Shown one piece after another: positions 9,254 through 20,931 of a stretch of DNA of 64,000 nucleotides. The stretch's first letter is position 1, and every line of letters starts with the position of its first letter. The DNA is taken from NCBI GenBank assembly GCA_965262715.1, contig OZ253553.1:1184001-1248000 (forward strand), read 5' to 3'. The translations under genes and the position numbers were made by a program. A model generated the notes under the pieces. That model saw only the letters and a list, made by a program, of their open reading frames with translations, made no database searches and was not told where the DNA came from. This stretch comes from Bdellovibrionales bacterium (GTDB lineage: Bacteria > Bdellovibrionota > Bdellovibrionia > Bdellovibrionales > JAUICD01).

Positions 9254-10167
9254 GTGAAAGAAATATAGCTGCTTCAGTAAGGAATCGATTACTCAATCTC
9301 GCAAAAAAAACCAAACAAGACTTTAATTTACTAGTTACTAAGTATTGTATTGAACGCTTGATGTATCGTCTCAGCATTTCTGAATATGCTGAACATTTTT
9401 TGTTAAAAGGAGCTTTACTATTCGACTTATGGTTCGACATTCCTTATCGTTCCACAAGAGACGCAGATTTTCTGGGTCTTGGCTCTTCTGACTTATCAGT
9501 TATCGAAGATATTTTTAAGAAAATCTGTAATCTTAACTCTGAAGATGGAGTGATATTTAAATCTGAAACTGTAAAGGTTAAAGCCATTCGCAAAGAAGCT
9601 AACTATCCAGGGTTGCGAGTCACTTTTCTGGCAATGATTGAAAACATGAAATGTTCAATTCAAGTTGATATAGGTTTTGGAGATATAGTTACACCTAGCC
9701 CCGAGGACATTGAATATCCTACAATTCTGAATGAATTTGCAGCACCTAGATTACGAGCTTATTCATGTTATACTGTAGTTGCAGAAAAACTTGAGGCTCT
9801 AACAAAACTTGGAATAGCTAATAGTCGTATGAAAGACTACTTTGATCTATGGATTCTGTCTCGTCACACAAACTTTGACGGTAATATACTCCGCAACTCT
9901 ATTCATGCAACATTTACACGTCGAAAAACAGAGATACCCAATGAACTACCTTTTGGGTTAACTGAGGCCTTTGCTCAGGATATTCAAAAGCAGACGCAAT
10001 GGTCTGCTTTTTTACAAAAAAACTCTCTTGAATCATTATCTCTAAAAGATATTGTACACTTTCTTTCTGGCTTCTTACAGCCAGTAATCCAGTCAGCGAG
10101 TACAAGGGGCTTATTTGATTTCTTTTGGACAAATGGTGGTCCGTGGTCACCTAAATCATATAATTAA
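9250..10167 (+). CDS. abiEii: Type IV TA toxin AbiEii nucleotidyltransferase
   Basis: LLKGALL, RSTRDADF, AEKLEA, NSRMKDYFDL motifs; ATGA overlap with abiEi. Confidence 0.92.
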   Translation: MSERNIAASVRNRLLNLAKKTKQDFNLLVTKYCIERLMYRLSISEYAEHFLLKGALLFDLWFDIPYRSTRDADFLGLGSSDLSVIEDIFKKICNLNSEDGVIFKSETVKVKAIRKEANYPGLRVTFLAMIENMKCSIQVDIGFGDIVTPSPEDIEYPTILNEFAAPRLRAYSCYTVVAEKLEALTKLGIANSRMKDYFDLWILSRHTNFDGNILRNSIHATFTRRKTEIPNELPFGLTEAFAQDIQKQTQWSAFLQKNSLESLSLKDIVHFLSGFLQPVIQSASTRGLFDFFWTNGGPWSPKSYN

Positions 10168-10417
10168 ATTGACACAATCAAATTAAATTCTCTAAGATTA
10201 TCTATTTAGTGAACAATTGAAGTATTGTTTGAATAGTTACTGGCTTTAAGTCTTCAATTTTATGAATGAGATGGGTGCAACTTTGTTTGATTGAATCTCT
10301 GTCTATTAAAGTAAATGCCGTTTCATTCTACTTCAAACTCTGAGCAAATTAAAAGCACAACTTATGATTCACTCTTTTGAAAAATAACACTCGTTTAAAG
10401 CAAGAAAAAGGTTCGAA

Positions 10418-10621
10418 TTGGTGTCACTGGTGGACGCTACACCTCAATATGTAGAAAACGTGCTCAATCCACAGTTTTCAATGAAATCAACTATTTCCAT
10501 CGCATCCTCATCTATCTCTGAAAGCGTACTCAAACAAAAATATCTTAAAAATCACCTCTCAATAAGAGAAATTGCTAAGAAGTTTTCGTTCTCAAAAACC
10601 AAAGTCAGAAGCCTACTTTAA
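10418..10621 (+). pseudogene. Truncated paralog of the 7740..8192 HTH/recombinase-domain gene
   Basis: VLKQKYLKNHLSIREIAKKFSFSKTKVR near-identical to the 7740 ORF; preceded by the same tggtggacgct junction. Confidence 0.65.
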
Positions 10622-10736
10622 TAAAAGTTTCCCAATTTCTTCAGTGCTATATAGCTCAGTTGAGTTTTTTCCGATTTATTTATAAGTCAAACCACAATAA
10701 GTTTATCTTTCATCAAAAAAGCACTTTAGAGAGAAA

Positions 10737-11420
10737 ATGGTTCTAAAAAATTTGATTATATCTTTCTGTATGCTCCTTTTAATAGGAAGTTTTCATAGGC
10801 AAATGTTTGCCAAAGCAACAAACCAGCCTATAGTCCTTCAATTTCAGGTTTCTCATACAAGAAATACTAATCAAACATCTCTGATCTTTAAAAACAAGAC
10901 GGTAGAATTTGTCACAAATGTGTCTCAAATATCCAGTCAAATGCCATCATCTAGTAAAAATAACTCCATCCGTCTAGGTCATTTTCATACTCCTTTAAAT
11001 GACCGATTTGAACTTCTAAAAAAGAAGATACAAGTCTATCAAAGGCTTTTAGAAAAAAAAGGAAAAGGCATTGATTTGAGCAAGGCAATGAAAGCTACAG
11101 GTATTAATGATTTTGATATGGACCCTCATGCTCCCATCATTCGTTTGGGCATGAATGGACAAAGTATTGAAGTGAGAGAATCTAATCCTTATTTTAAATC
11201 TCTACACAGAATATTACTTGATGCTCAAAAACATAAATGGGATTGCCTGTCTTGTGCTGAGTACAAAAAGGATGGAAAAAATATCGTCAGGACTTTTAAA
11301 AAGAAAGGCCGTCAAACTGCATCAGCAGTTTTTTCTAAATCTCATTTACAATGTCTCTATTTAAACAAACGACGTATAGAATGCCTAGATCAGCAATTTG
11401 GCTTATTTGAATTGGAGTAA
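10737..11420 (+). CDS. Secreted hypothetical protein
   Basis: Signal-peptide-like N-terminus, 227 aa, Cys pairs at C-terminus. Confidence 0.65.
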   Translation: MVLKNLIISFCMLLLIGSFHRQMFAKATNQPIVLQFQVSHTRNTNQTSLIFKNKTVEFVTNVSQISSQMPSSSKNNSIRLGHFHTPLNDRFELLKKKIQVYQRLLEKKGKGIDLSKAMKATGINDFDMDPHAPIIRLGMNGQSIEVRESNPYFKSLHRILLDAQKHKWDCLSCAEYKKDGKNIVRTFKKKGRQTASAVFSKSHLQCLYLNKRRIECLDQQFGLFELE

Positions 11421-11438
11421 ATATAAAGGATTTCATTT

Positions 11439-13433
11439 ATGAAAGGTATTTTATATACAACTTGGATGATCATCCTGCTCAAGGGATCTGTCTGTTTTGG
11501 CCAAGCTATTCAAAGAGATGTATCTAATTGGCTAGTTAGTATTAAGTTAGAACCTAAACCTCCTCCTTGTTATAAAGTCAATTGCCCTGGTTATCCATAT
11601 TCTGATGGAGTTATCACATTTCAAAATGGGAAAGTAGATATTTCTGCCTTTGTGGAACGTGCAGAAACTCTGCTTCAACAGTCTGATTATCAAAATAATC
11701 TATTTTTTGAAAATTTACAACATGCTTTTAAAATATCTGTGAAAGATTTATGTCATGTTGAAACATATTCTGAAAATCAAATTCAATCTTGTGAAACTGA
11801 GTTCGAAAGATCTTTGGAGCAAGCTGAAATGCAACTCCGAGAATCACAAGTTGATCGTATTTTATTACCAAACACTTATGATCCTGTTGGACATCTTTCA
11901 GATCAAGTTGTTAGTAAGGCACATCAAAAACTCGCTTTAGATTGTTTAACTGCTTGTAGTGATACGTCTATTTCGTCCTTGCTTAGTCATGGAAACCAAG
12001 ATCAATATCAAGAAGCCGTTCGCAGGCTTTCTGAAAAAGGCCCTGATTGCCTTAAAAATGCCCTAGCTGCTTTAGGTCGACAAATTCAAACAACCAATGA
12101 AAGCAACCTTTTGCCTAACAGTTGTGAAAATGAAAGAGGCCAGCAAAGAAGGGTATGTAACAGATGGAAACATAATGAACAAATTATTATAGGAAGACTC
12201 TCAAATCTTACTGATTTGATCCTCTCTCAAACATCTTCACAAGCATTGCAATCTTTAGATACTTGTTTGGAAAATCAAACTTCTTTTTCTGCTTTAGAAG
12301 AATTTTTAAAGGACTTAGATGATGAGATGCTTTGTCGTCCTTATCAAAAAGGGGAAGAAAGATATATTTCTGTATGGCCAGGTCATTATAAACTCAAAAG
12401 AGAGGGTGATGGAAGTTATACAGTTTCTCTTGCTATCAGCTTTGCTCCGGCAGACGATTATGATAATAACAGTCATGTCCCAAAGAATCAGGTTAATTCC
12501 TATTATAAGGAAAAAACAAGAAAATGTTTAAACGAAGCCAGTTCAAAAATACAAGGTCCCAATGGAGAGCAGTTAAATATTGTGATTGAAGATGTTCATC
12601 AGGATTCTTGCCTTCCAGAAAAGCAAATTTTCATCACAGCTAAAAACGGATACACAGATACAAGCTATTATGCAGCAGATATTATTTGTCCAACCATAGC
12701 CCATGAAATTTTGCATGACCTAGGCCTTTTTGATAAATACAAAGAATCAAGCAGAGGATATTTCGTTGATGTAGAAACAGGTATGGTTTTAGAAACAGAA
12801 GATATGAAAGATTATAATATTGAAGATAGAAAAAACTTTGTGTTTCAACCCAAATTTAATTGCCGTGTGACACAAGAAGAAAGCTTCATGGCTATTCATT
12901 TAACGAGATGGAATAGATCTTTCCAAGTTTCTGGAAGAAGAGAGGATCATAATGCTTATTCGTTTTCATTGTTAGATCCTGCAGAATTTAATGCCATTTT
13001 GTATGGTAACTGTACAAAAAGAGAAGACGTTCGCATTTTAAGAGAGTGTTCCAGATTAGCATACACCACAAGTTATCTTAATAGAAGTAGTCGTGAGGAT
13101 AACTGTCCTCCTTTGAAAACAGAATGTGAACGTCAAAATGTTCAAGGAAAATCTCTAGCACAAATTCAAGCAGAAGAAAGAATTTTATCCAGACGAATAA
13201 ACTCACTGAACTCTCATATTAATAATTATAGTAGCAAATTGATGGCCTTAGAGCAAATGGATAGACAAACAAGAGTGCATGGCCCAGACTTTGAATGCAG
13301 TTACCGTAATGTTGACATACATGAATGTAAGGAATTTCTAGAATGGGGTATAAAGCAAAATACAAGAAAAAAAGACGGCTTAATACAAAGGCAAGAACGA
13401 CTATTACAGATCATGCCAAGTTCTAACCCTTAA
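11439..13433 (+). CDS. Secreted Cys-rich zincin-like metallopeptidase
   Basis: Signal peptide; TIAHEILHDLGLFDKY (HExxHxxGxxD) and a downstream SFM Met-turn-like segment. Confidence 0.65.
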   Translation: MKGILYTTWMIILLKGSVCFGQAIQRDVSNWLVSIKLEPKPPPCYKVNCPGYPYSDGVITFQNGKVDISAFVERAETLLQQSDYQNNLFFENLQHAFKISVKDLCHVETYSENQIQSCETEFERSLEQAEMQLRESQVDRILLPNTYDPVGHLSDQVVSKAHQKLALDCLTACSDTSISSLLSHGNQDQYQEAVRRLSEKGPDCLKNALAALGRQIQTTNESNLLPNSCENERGQQRRVCNRWKHNEQIIIGRLSNLTDLILSQTSSQALQSLDTCLENQTSFSALEEFLKDLDDEMLCRPYQKGEERYISVWPGHYKLKREGDGSYTVSLAISFAPADDYDNNSHVPKNQVNSYYKEKTRKCLNEASSKIQGPNGEQLNIVIEDVHQDSCLPEKQIFITAKNGYTDTSYYAADIICPTIAHEILHDLGLFDKYKESSRGYFVDVETGMVLETEDMKDYNIEDRKNFVFQPKFNCRVTQEESFMAIHLTRWNRSFQVSGRREDHNAYSFSLLDPAEFNAILYGNCTKREDVRILRECSRLAYTTSYLNRSSREDNCPPLKTECERQNVQGKSLAQIQAEERILSRRINSLNSHINNYSSKLMALEQMDRQTRVHGPDFECSYRNVDIHECKEFLEWGIKQNTRKKDGLIQRQERLLQIMPSSNP

Positions 13434-13560
13434 ACATTTCTGAAAAAATTTTCTAGATTTCACCAGAAGTGTGATATTTTATCGTAAGCCTTTATCTGCT
13501 GAGAAGTTTATTTCAGAGGATAAAAATTTCGGTATAAATTTCAGTATAAAAGGAAAGAAA

Positions 13561-13595
13561 AAAGTCGCCAGAGGCGAGATGCATTTTAGTGAGAT
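13561..13595 (+). repeat. Structured repeat element, 3' partial copy
   Basis: aaagtcgccagaggcgagatgcattttagtga identical to 21253-21284. Confidence 0.8.
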
Positions 13596-13630
13596 TGGCG
13601 GAGTAGCTGAAGTATTGGATATCTCCACTT

Positions 13631-13882
13631 ATGACTCCAGCTATGTATCTTTATTTATTACACATTTTTTTAATACTCCAGAAAAAAAACTCTAAAATTT
13701 TACGGAAACTTTATGTTGATCTTAAGCTTTCCACTCGTGATATTGAAAGACTCACCCAATTTTCATGGTCAAAAAGCTCTATTTTAAGGGCTTTAAGAGA
13801 GCACAAAATATTTACGCACGAATTTTTAAAAAAAGAGGAAGTAATAAAAATATTCATTAAAGTTATTATAGATATATCATGA
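13631..13882 (+). pseudogene. Divergent remnant of the HTH/recombinase-domain gene family
   Basis: LRKLYVDLKLSTRDIERLTQFSWSKSSILRAL resembles the HTH of the 7740 ORF; follows a tggcggag junction. Confidence 0.45.
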
Positions 13883-14026
13883 ACCAACTAAAAATAAAGA
13901 ACCAGAGGACAAAAATTGTAAGTTAAGTTATAAAAATTGTGAGTAAAGATGCCCTTTAAACCCTTATATTTTGAATTTTCAATCCTTAAAATCAATTTTA
14001 AACGTACTTTATGACATAAATGCAAT

Positions 14027-14041
14027 TGGCATAAATCTTGA
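14027..14041 (+). promoter_or_regulatory. Sigma-54-like promoter
   Basis: TGGCATAAATCTTGA upstream of 14077. Confidence 0.4.
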
Positions 14042-14076
14042 AACAATAAAAATGATTTTTACAAAAACAAGAGGAA

Positions 14077-15076
14077 ATGAAAGTTATGAAACTTTTTAGG
14101 AATACTTTGGTTTTTAGTTTATTTATTTATAGCTTTGCTTTACCTGCTTTTGCTCAAGAGGCAATAGATTTGGAATTAGCCAAACTGATGGAAGCACAAA
14201 ATGTCGGTGAATCAAACATAAGAACAAGAGAATTACATGTTTTACCCATGTCCAATGATTTGGTGTATCTTGGAGACTTTTTCAATGAAATGTATTCATT
14301 ATATAATGGTAGAGGGCGACCCCCATATGATTATGATGTGAACAATGATCGTATTATCACTTATCGTATTTATGATGTTTCTTTCTTAGCAAATGGACAG
14401 CAGAAGTCTTTGATACTTGGCATTGAAGAGAATAAGGAACATTCTTCTGCAGAAATACTTCAAAAAGTCAGAGCTATTTTGGGCAAAATGCCGGAGAGAT
14501 GGTTAAGTAAAGTGCATTTTATTAGGATAAAAAGGGAAACTAATCCTAACAGAAAACATGGTCAGTTTAAATTAACTGGAGGGGCTCCTTTTGCTTCTTC
14601 TCGTGGTTGTAATGCATGCAGCTTTTGGCAACAAATGTTTCCTCAAGTATCAAAGGGTTAGCCATACAGGTAGAAGTAGAATGGAATTTCATCATTACAA
14701 CACAATTCAAGTCAATTTCGATTATTCTCAAAGGGAATCTGCTGAGTATAGAGATCTTGTTACTAAAACAATGCAACATGAATTGGGACATTTGATTGCA
14801 AGACACTCTGAGTATGGGTATTCTAGCCAAGAGTGGTACGATGCTATCGTAAAAGATGGTACATTTACTTATGGAAATATTAGAACTTCTGAAGATGATA
14901 GACATTATGATATTGAGCAAGACTTTGCTGAAACAGTGGCTATTTACTTAACAACATATAGAGGATTTTACAATGACCCATACATCAACACGCTAGAGCC
15001 TGCAACAGACTATCGCCATCGATTTGCTATTTTGGATAGAATTATGGGCATAGATGAAATGAAGAATGCCTTATAA
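14077..15076 (+). pseudogene. Secreted zinc metallopeptidase-like gene, frameshifted (14077..14661 + 14591..15076)
   Basis: Signal peptide ending AFA; second frame has MQHELGHLIA...EQDFAE; paralog of 34170..35009. Confidence 0.7.
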
Positions 15077-15094
15077 ACGCCCATTAAAAAACTA

Positions 15095-15168
15095 GTCGAG
15101 GGGAATAGGGGAATTTCACCCCTAAACCCTCACAGAATCGTGCGTGACAGTCTCCCGTCACATGGCTC
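15095..15168 (-). ncRNA. Group II intron 3' remnant (domains V-VI)
   Basis: Minus strand GAGCCATGTGACGGGAGACTGTCACGCACGATTC (DV-like) then AGGGGTGAAATTCCCCT...CTCGAC (DVI and 3' end). Confidence 0.85.
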
Positions 15169-15320
15169 TTATCATTAAAACCCTTGCCATGACAACACAA
15201 GCTTCCGCAAGTCTCTTTAGCCATTTGCAAAACCTTCTAAACCTTCTTCTCATTCAAATTAAATAATTTACTATAATCTTTCATGATAATTAAAACTTTG
15301 TTGAAATATTAATCTTAAAA

Positions 15321-15382
15321 TGATACAACTTTTAAAAATATCTATAAACACAAAAGAGTTGCACTTGCGATTTGAAGTTACG
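15321..15382 (+). mobile_element. Solo IS30 right end
   Basis: Reverse complement of 5102-5163. Confidence 0.9.
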
Positions 15383-15419
15383 AGATCATTTATCCTAAAT
15401 AAACTTAATGAGTTAACTA

Positions 15420-16913
15420 ATGATAGAAACCATTACTTTTGCACAAAATGAACATTTAATACAAAAACCTGAAACTATAAAGAGAGAATTAGGGCAGTAT
15501 TTTACAAATCAGACAATAGCTAATTATATGGCTGAAATGATTCATCCAATAAATGCACCTATTGTTCGTATCTTAGATGCTGGAGCGGGGACAGGAATAC
15601 TCACCATTTTTTCTGCTATACACTGTTTGAAACTGGGACACAAACATATTCATGCTGTTTTATATGAAATTGATGAAGATATTTTGTCAAATCTCACAAC
15701 GAATATGAAGTACCTAACTTATATATTTAAAAAACGGGGAGGCAAATTTACTTTCAAAATTTACAATAAAGATTTTGTACTAGCTAGACCAGATAAAACT
15801 GAAAAGGCTTTCCACATATCTTCAATTAATCCTCCTTATTTTAAATATAACTCTAAAACTTCCCCTTACGCGAAGGCCACTTCTGATCTATATAAAGGAA
15901 ACCCTAACATTTACGCTTCATTTATGGCTATAGTCTCTTCCTGTCTAGCCCCTAATGGTCAAATGATTGCCATTGTTCCTCGTAGCTTTACTAATGGCCT
16001 CTATTTCAAAGGTTTTCGTCAATATATGAATCAGGTAATGAACCTAAATAAAATTCATATTTTCAGAGCAAGAAATCAGGTGTTTAAAGAGTTATCTGTA
16101 TTACAGGAAAATATCATTTGTTGTTATACCAAATGTAACCAGCAATCACATATTGAAATTTGTGCTTCTACTGGATACAAAGACTTGAAACAAATAGAAA
16201 AAAACCGATATTCAGAAAAGCAAATCATTGATAGATCCACAAAACACGAAATAATTAGGATTCCTGAAACTTCAAAAGACGCAAAAATATTAAAAACTGT
16301 GGAAAAATGGCCAACTAGCTTTCAAGAAAATGGCTATTTTATATCAACAGGACCAATCGTTGAATATCGTGCTAAAAAATATATAACCAACTCAAAGGAA
16401 AAAAAACATTCTATACCTCTATTAAAAATGCATAATATTAAAGCTTTTCAAACTAAATGGACTGGGGATAATAAAAAGGATGCTTATTTCAAATTGATTG
16501 ATGGTTATGAAAAACATATCTCTATCAATCAATTATATGTAATTTTAAAACGGTTCAGTTCAAAAGATGAAAAGCGTCGTCTTATCGCTGCAGTCCATAA
16601 CCCACAAATTATAAAAAGCAACCTACTAGCTATGGAAAATCATCTTAATTACATAGGAAGAAGAGATGGGCCATTAAGTTTATCCGAAGCTTATGGTCTT
16701 GCCACTCTTTTTAATTCTACACTTATGGATAAATATTTTCGATGTCTATCTGGTAATACACAAGTGAATGCTACAGAGATTAAATTATTAAAAATGCCAA
16801 CCAGAAAAACTATTTATCAAATAGGAGAGTTATTTCTAAAAAATATGGAAACTACTCAGAATAAAATTGACAGCATTATAGATTTCTATTTAGAAGAAAC
16901 AATAATCACATGA
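15420..16913 (+). CDS. N6-adenine DNA methyltransferase, BsuBI/PstI (Eco57I-domain) type
   Basis: [15 protein letters not shown] (motif I), NPPY (motif IV), [11 protein letters not shown]-terminal motif. Confidence 0.9.
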   Translation: MIETITFAQNEHLIQKPETIKRELGQYFTNQTIANYMAEMIHPINAPIVRILDAGAGTGILTIFSAIHCLKLGHKHIHAVLYEIDEDILSNLTTNMKYLTYIFKKRGGKFTFKIYNKDFVLARPDKTEKAFHISSINPPYFKYNSKTSPYAKATSDLYKGNPNIYASFMAIVSSCLAPNGQMIAIVPRSFTNGLYFKGFRQYMNQVMNLNKIHIFRARNQVFKELSVLQENIICCYTKCNQQSHIEICASTGYKDLKQIEKNRYSEKQIIDRSTKHEIIRIPETSKDAKILKTVEKWPTSFQENGYFISTGPIVEYRAKKYITNSKEKKHSIPLLKMHNIKAFQTKWTGDNKKDAYFKLIDGYEKHISINQLYVILKRFSSKDEKRRLIAAVHNPQIIKSNLLAMENHLNYIGRRDGPLSLSEAYGLATLFNSTLMDKYFRCLSGNTQVNATEIKLLKMPTRKTIYQIGELFLKNMETTQNKIDSIIDFYLEETIIT

Positions 16914-17863
16914 GTAAAAAAAGAAAGTTGATTCAAGCTCAAGAAATACTTAAAGCATTAGAATTACCTAAACAGCAATACAATAATCGATCTGCTTGGG
17001 TGTTTCTAGCGTTAGCTCATATACGTCCAAAAGATAAATGGCAAAATGCAAAAGCTCCTTTATTACCAACTGTGGATATTATGCAATTCATCCGTGAACA
17101 CTATGACCAAGACTACAAACCAAATACAAGAGAAACTATCCGGCGTCAAACACTTCATCAATTTGAACAAGCGAGAATAGTTGATAGAAACCGTGACAAC
17201 CCTTCTAGAGCGACTAACAGCAAGAATAATAATTATTCGCTAAACCAAGCTGTTATAGAAGTGCTAAAGAGATATCCAAACGATAATTGGAAACAAAAAA
17301 TTAAGGAATATAAGGAAGATTTGCCAAAACTCCAAAAGATATATAAGCGCATTTTAAACAAGACAAAAATTCCAGTAAGGCTTCCTAGTGGCAAGAAAAT
17401 AAAATTATCACCAGGGAAACATAATCAATTACATAAAGACATTGTAGATGAGTTTTGCTCACGCTTCATTGGAAGTTCAGGAATAATACTTTATATAGGT
17501 GATACAGCTAAAAGTCGAAATGAAGGCGGTAAATTTATGGTATTAGAAAAAAAACAATTAAAAGCTCTAGGTATTCCTACAATATTACATGAGAAACTTT
17601 CTGATCTAATAGTATATGATAAAAAAAGAAAAAGGATATTCCTTATTGAAGCTGTTACCAGCCATGGACCAATATCACCAAAAAGATATATTGAAATGGA
17701 AAAAATATTAAAAAACTGTAAGATAAAAAAAATATATGTTTCTGCCTTCCCAGACATCAATGAATTCCGCCGACACATTATGGATATAGCTTGGGAGACA
17801 GAAGTATGGATAGCAGATAATCCAGATCATATGATCCATTTTAATGGAGATCATTTTTTATGA
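16910..17863 (+). CDS. BsuBI/PstI family type II restriction endonuclease
   Basis: [55 protein letters not shown]. Confidence 0.92.
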   Translation: MSKKRKLIQAQEILKALELPKQQYNNRSAWVFLALAHIRPKDKWQNAKAPLLPTVDIMQFIREHYDQDYKPNTRETIRRQTLHQFEQARIVDRNRDNPSRATNSKNNNYSLNQAVIEVLKRYPNDNWKQKIKEYKEDLPKLQKIYKRILNKTKIPVRLPSGKKIKLSPGKHNQLHKDIVDEFCSRFIGSSGIILYIGDTAKSRNEGGKFMVLEKKQLKALGIPTILHEKLSDLIVYDKKRKRIFLIEAVTSHGPISPKRYIEMEKILKNCKIKKIYVSAFPDINEFRRHIMDIAWETEVWIADNPDHMIHFNGDHFL

Positions 17864-17866
17864 ATA

Positions 17867-17917
17867 TAAAAATATCTATAAACACAAAAGGAGTTGCACT
17901 TGCAATTTGAAGTTACG
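17867..17917 (+). mobile_element. Solo IS30 right end, direct repeat of 15321..15382
   Basis: aaaatatctataaacacaaaaggagttgcacttgcaatttgaagttacg. Confidence 0.88.
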
Positions 17918-18250
17918 TATAAATATTAGAGGTTTATAAAAAAATAACTTACAAGTTTTTAAAAAGTTTCTATTTGTGAACTTATGGTTGTGTAAGACGG
18001 TTTTGAATGAGGCTTTATAAGTATTTTTTTTTATTTATGCAACAACGTCTATCAAGACCCATAAGTTCAACTAGGGATTTAGCAAAACCTTCTGTAGATC
18101 GCAATTTTAAACCAAATACATCTCTCTAACAAATTAAGGCCACTTTATAAAAACTATCTGTAGATAAGTAATAGGTATTAAAAAAAATTTTCTTCACATT
18201 CAGTTTTAAAATATAGAGAACTGAATTATTGACTTAACTTTTGCAAGGCA

Positions 18251-19456
18251 TCAATCAGACAACTCATCTCCAAAACGACTTATATAATCTTGAAATGTAA
18301 AGCCCTTTGCTTTTTGAAGATTGCCATCCTCGCAAAAATAATAAATATCTGGAAGGTTGATCCCATTAAACATGTGAGCTTTAACAAAAGCATAGCTCCC
18401 AATCTCTTTAAAGATGACCTTAGAACCTATTTTCAAAGGCTCCTTAAAACTCTGAATTCCAAAATGATCAAGTGAATATAAACAATTACAACCTGCAAGG
18501 GCATATACATGATCTCCATTTTCTTTTAAAAATTCAGGCATAATCTGAAATTCTAAAACTTCAGGTAAATGATTCACAGTAGTATCTAACAAAGCCACAT
18601 CTTGATTATCCCTCTTGAAAAGATCAATAACAGAAGTAACTAAATAACCTACTTGTTTTACTAAAGAGGCACCTGGCTCCATAAATATCTCTTCAAAGTT
18701 ATCATATTTATTTCTTATGTAACTTATCAATTTTGGAAAAATATCAATATTGTCGGACTGATCTAAATAATACCCTCCTCCTAAATTAAGCCATTTAAAT
18801 TTTTTTAAATGATCTTTTAATATAGATTCAACTTTTTTAAAAGTTTCCTCTAATTGAGAAAGATTAGAGTTCATATGAGAATTATGAATGTGAATACCTG
18901 TGATTTTCCTAGAAAGTTCAGGATGATTATCTAAAAAGTATAAAAATTTATTTAATGGAACCCCTAATTTTGGAGGCATGTTATCAGAACCATAATCATA
19001 GTTGAGGAATACCAACTCTGAGTCTAAGCGCATCCCATACTCAACATGAGGTAAAAGCTTGTCTTGAAAAGATGTTAACTGCTCAAGTGTATTGAAGCTC
19101 ATAAAATTAATATATTTATGCAAATTATTCCATTCTCTTTCTCTAATAGCAGGACTAACATATAATATGTCTTTCTTCATATTTGCTATCCCATGACGAG
19201 GCAAATCAGAGATCTGAGTTTCAAAGAGAGAGCTTACAGAAAACCCATCTATAAAAGGAATGAGGTCTCTAAGTATTGTTAAATTGGATGCTGCCTTAAC
19301 AGCATATAGAAGCTTACAGTTTGCTCGATCCATCAACTGTCTATGAACTAATGCTTTCTTCCTGAGAAGAACTCTATCAAAAACAAAAAATGGAGTAGGT
19401 AGTCCCTGTAATGGTTTATGATGAGAACCAATAAGAAAAGAGTCAAACATCCACAA
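18251..19456 (-). CDS. nspC: Carboxynorspermidine decarboxylase-like PLP enzyme (Orn/DAP/Arg decarboxylase family)
   Basis: PTPFFV, YAVKA (PLP Lys), LNLGGG, EPG, and the VKAHMFNGINLP C-terminal motif typical of NspC. Confidence 0.7.
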   Translation of the reverse strand: MWMFDSFLIGSHHKPLQGLPTPFFVFDRVLLRKKALVHRQLMDRANCKLLYAVKAASNLTILRDLIPFIDGFSVSSLFETQISDLPRHGIANMKKDILYVSPAIREREWNNLHKYINFMSFNTLEQLTSFQDKLLPHVEYGMRLDSELVFLNYDYGSDNMPPKLGVPLNKFLYFLDNHPELSRKITGIHIHNSHMNSNLSQLEETFKKVESILKDHLKKFKWLNLGGGYYLDQSDNIDIFPKLISYIRNKYDNFEEIFMEPGASLVKQVGYLVTSVIDLFKRDNQDVALLDTTVNHLPEVLEFQIMPEFLKENGDHVYALAGCNCLYSLDHFGIQSFKEPLKIGSKVIFKEIGSYAFVKAHMFNGINLPDIYYFCEDGNLQKAKGFTFQDYISRFGDELSD

Positions 19457-19612
19457 CCCTAAACATTAGATTTCAAATTATTCTTTATTTAATTATATAT
19501 TTTCCAATATTTTTGTAAAAGATACTTTGAAATCATGTTTCTTCGCGTTATTGTCAATAAGAGATTTCTAAATCATTAAACAGTTAAAATGCTATATAAA
19601 ACTATAATTTGT

Positions 19613-19810
19613 TCATTTAACTGAAATGTCAATTTTACTTTGTGCTGCTTTTAGATAGATATCAAGAGAATGATCCACAGCATCTACAATAATTTTTAAA
19701 TAATCATCCTTTGACTTGCCAAGCTGTGCCTTTTCTAAAGAATGGAGATAGGCAAGCCTATCTACTTTAAGGATAATAGCTAATGGATATCCCGTCATTA
19801 ATAAAATCAT
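19613..19810 (-). pseudogene. Fic family protein C-terminal fragment
   Basis: LLMTGYPLAII...DRLAYLHSLEKAQ is the post-motif Fic helix; the HPFxDGNGR motif is missing. Confidence 0.55.
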
Positions 19811-19823
19811 AAAGTGAAAGATT

Positions 19824-19866
19824 TACAAGGCACAGGGGTTGCCTATTGCCTATGAAAGATGCCTGA
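19824..19866 (+). repeat. Second repeat family, copy 1
   Basis: tacaaggcacaggggttgcctattgcc similar to 54815-54861 and to the reverse complement of 58094-58140. Confidence 0.7.
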
Positions 19867-19929
19867 CATAATTCTCTAATCTTTTATATACATATTCTTT
19901 AAATCTTTATGCAACAAGACCATATTGTA

Positions 19930-20931
19930 TTAGTTCTTTTCTTTTGATTGTGAACTTAAACTTTCTAGTTCCTTTATATCTGCTTGATCAGCCTTAATAG
20001 CTTCAAACATCTTTCTTTTTTGATCAAATTCTTCATATCGAGATTCTGCAAGTTTTTTTGCCACCTCTGCTTCAATCTTACCTGAATGGGTAAGCAATTC
20101 CTGTTCATTAAATTCTAAAAATGTATTAAGTTTTTCTTCCCATTGATCCATAGTTATTGTTTGACGATTTCTTGCTTGAAGTTCAGCATAGTCAAGGTAC
20201 ATGGTCACAATGTGATTGAGTTTTTCTACTTCCTTATGATCAAGATAGTTTTTAGAAATAGCTACATCAGACTTGCGAGAAATGCTTCCCTTCCAAGAAG
20301 TAAGTCCCATGTTAGGTTTTTCAGGATCACAGCGATTTTCAATAATTTCTGCATCTGTCTTGCCTGTAATAGCCCAAAGCATTTTATTTTGAACTTTTTT
20401 AAAGAAAAGTTGGGCTTTTTCACTGTCTTTGTCATAGTCAATGGCTGTGGTGTATATGTCCTTAATCTTTTGATAAAATCGCTTCTCTGATGCCCTAATA
20501 TCACGGATGCGAGCAAGCCACTCATCAAAATAATCCCATTTGTCGGCTTGTTTCAATCGTTCATCGTTCATCACAAAGCCTTTAACAAGGTATTCTTTTA
20601 AAGTGGTTGTGGCCCATTGACGAAATTGAGTGCCTCGAGGTGACCTGACCCGATAACCCACAGCTAAAATAGCATCAAGGCTATAGAAAAAAGTCTTGTA
20701 ATTTTTACCATCTAAGGCAGTTGTTAAGGATTCCTTAACAACTGAATCTTGAGATAACTCCCCATCTTCAAAAATATTTTTTAAGTGCATGCTGATATTA
20801 GGCTTTGTAGCATTAAAAAGCTCTGCCATCTCTTTTTGAGTCAACCAGACTGTGCCATCAAAGGCATGTAGTTGAATTTCGACCTTCTCATCTTGTGTTC
20901 TTAGAGGATGATCTCTCCCTTATTCATATTC
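19930..20931 (-). pseudogene. rhuM: Virulence RhuM family protein with an N-terminal frameshift (open 19930..20844)
   Basis: LTQKEMAELF, AVGYRVRSPRGTQFRQWAT, IRDIRASEKRFY; upstream GEIIL/RTQDEKVEI broken by a 1-bp loss near 20902. Confidence 0.8.
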
